NCBI RefSeq assembly: GCF_001194135.2
Contig: NC_068994.1
Span: 4,684,280-4,748,279 of the forward strand
DNA length: 64,000 nt
From: Octopus bimaculoides
Taxonomy: Eukaryota
Reading direction: 5' to 3'
Part shown: in pieces, positions 61,833-64,000 of the stretch
Layout of the letters: every line of letters begins with the position of its first letter
Position numbering within the stretch: the stretch's first letter is position 1
Program-made: the position numbers and the translations under genes
The notes under the pieces: generated by a model
Seen by the model: the letters and a program-made list of their open reading frames with translations, nothing else
Told to the model about the DNA's origin: nothing
The model's database searches: none

Positions 61833-63612
61833 CGTTTTTTAATTAATTAATTAATTATCTACGAGATTTAATTGATATATCATTTTCTATATATATATAT
61901 AAATGTAATTAGAGAGTAGCATATATAAATGCATTAAGTTATATAATAAATTATATGTATATATATATATATATATATACGCTAATCAATTGTATTATAC
62001 AATCAATCGTATGTTTATATAATCATATATATATATATATACATATACATACTATAGATTATATAACATATATATATATGTATATAAACACTATGAATTA
62101 ATATATATATATATATACACACACACGCGCGTGCCCACATCAATTTTCGCTTTTTTGGGTTTTTTTAAATTCCTTCAGGATTATTATAATTTCTCTTGTA
62201 GTTATTTTGCCATTCTTCCACTTTCGATTATTATTGCTATTGTACTCGTCACAATTATTGCTGTTCTTGTTGTTTGGAAATGTTTTTTTTTCGTCTTTTT
62301 TTAAATACTGGGGTTTTTTCTTGGGCTGTTTTTTTAGTTTTTAGTTTTAAAAGGAATATAAAAATGGAAGTGAAGAATTTTTCTGCTTCTCCTCGTCGTT
62401 GTTTTGAGTTTGTTTCTGTTTCTATTCTTTCTTGAGTTCTTGCTTTGTGTTTTTTGATTTGTCTTGTATATTTTTGTTATATATTTTATTGTTTTTGTTT
62501 TTGTTTTTTTCGTTTTATTTTCTTTAATTCACCGCCTTGTTTGTGTGTGTGAGAGAGAAAGGGAGGAAGAGAGCGATGGATAGAGAAATAGAGACAGACT
62601 GAGAGTGTGAGAAGCAGAGAGAGAGAGAAATTGTGTGTGAGAAGAGAGAGAAAGCTAATGACTGAGAGAGGGAGAACCTTGACTAACAACAACAACAGTT
62701 CTATTGGAAGCAGTTGTGTGGATGGCTGGCTGGATGTAGTGTCGGACGGCAGGGAGAGGCGGTTCTGTGGAAGGAGGAAGGCACTGTAATTGATGAAGGT
62801 GGGGGGGTGCAAAAGTGGTGTTGGTGGTGGATTTGTAGTAGCAGTGGTGGATATAGTAACGGTGGTGGTGGTGGCGTTACAGATGCGGTGGATGTTGGAA
62901 TAATGCTGGTAGTTGTGCTGCTCCTCCTGTATATGTGTGTGTGTGTGTGGATGGAGAGAGACACGGTGTTTTTCATGTGTGTGCAGTAGAGGTGAGCATG
63001 TGTTTACAATGGGGAGGTGTATTGTGATGGGGGCCCGTCCTGAGAATAAGGAAGTATGAACGTGTGCAGGTCCCACTGTGTCTTAAAGCTGTCCCCCCTC
63101 GTTTCTCTCTCTCTCTCTCTCATTCTCTCAGTTCTGTCATATTTCTGCATGGATCTGTGTACTTATATGTGTCCCCAGGACAGTATATATTGTATTTTCG
63201 TTACACAGTGCCACACCGTAGATATGAATGTGCATGTGTGTGTTTTACACTGTACATGGCCATATGTGTCTGACTGCTGCACTTTCAGTATGTGTGTGTG
63301 CGTGTGTGAGAGCGTCACTTTATCTCCGCAGCACAAAAGGCTACCACCCAACCCACACAGTTATAAATCCAAAGATCCAAGTGTGAGACAAAATCTCTCC
63401 CTCTCGTATGTATATATATAATATAAGGAGGAGAGAGAGAGAGAGGGAGAGATGATGTGTGGGTTGTTTAGTGGCTGTGTGTGTGGGTGTGACTCTTGTG
63501 GACTAAGAGTACTTTTCTCTCTCATACGTACATACATACATACATATTTGTGTGTGTGTGTGTATATATATACTATCCGTATCACGTCCTCATTTTGTTG
63601 TTTTTTTGAACT

Positions 63613-63646
<34 letters not shown>

Positions 63647-63846
63647 CGTACATATATGTATGGATATATATATATATATATATATATGCATACATATATA
63701 TACATATATATATATATCATGCGTATGTACATATCAATATACACACATACACATGCGAGCACACACACACACACACACACACATTAATACCAGTTCTACT
63801 ACAAACTCCTCAGCTTCATTCACAGTGTAAGCACATTGACCAGTAT

Positions 63847-63888
<42 letters not shown>

Positions 63889-64000
63889 TGAACCATAAAG
63901 AGGGCAACTTGACTAAGAGAGAAGAAATTCTGAAAAATCCTGCTCAGTGAGGAAGTGTGCACCACTGAAGCTAATCCATGTAGAAGAGCAGTAATTCTGA

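Noticed and set aside
62486-63076. 196-aa minus-strand ORF
   Set aside because: Composed of simple repeats; more likely promoter or 5' UTR sequence.

Overview
Eukaryotic, AT-rich, microsatellite- and SINE-saturated draft scaffold with 8 N-gaps. The repeat landscape and clustered C2H2 genes suggest a coleoid cephalopod, probably Octopus (inference). Three intact single-coding-exon C2H2 zinc-finger genes are present: ZNF-A (14818-16170 +, 9 fingers), ZNF-B (23125-23820 -, 8 fingers) and ZNF-C (43684-46101 -, 17 fingers). Around them lie a full-length dead mariner with TIRs, mariner and hAT MITEs, a pogo/Tigger remnant, an RTE-type LINE remnant, many RTE 3' tails and at least four SINE-like families. 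Main observation: all three finger arrays are periodic in their DNA-recognition helices (period 1, 3 and 4 fingers) although synonymous and framework sites have diverged. The standard recognition code predicts tandem-repeat targets such as (TGG)n and (NAA)n, which match microsatellites carried by local retroelements. ZNF-A and ZNF-C also appear to share an unannotated C-terminal Trp/Pro motif. Together this suggests an untested microsatellite/retroelement-reading ZNF system. Other notable items are a PHD-type finger inside an RT domain, two long near-perfect hairpins and co-oriented SINE stacks in (AAT)n. All family assignments are by eye, without database searches.
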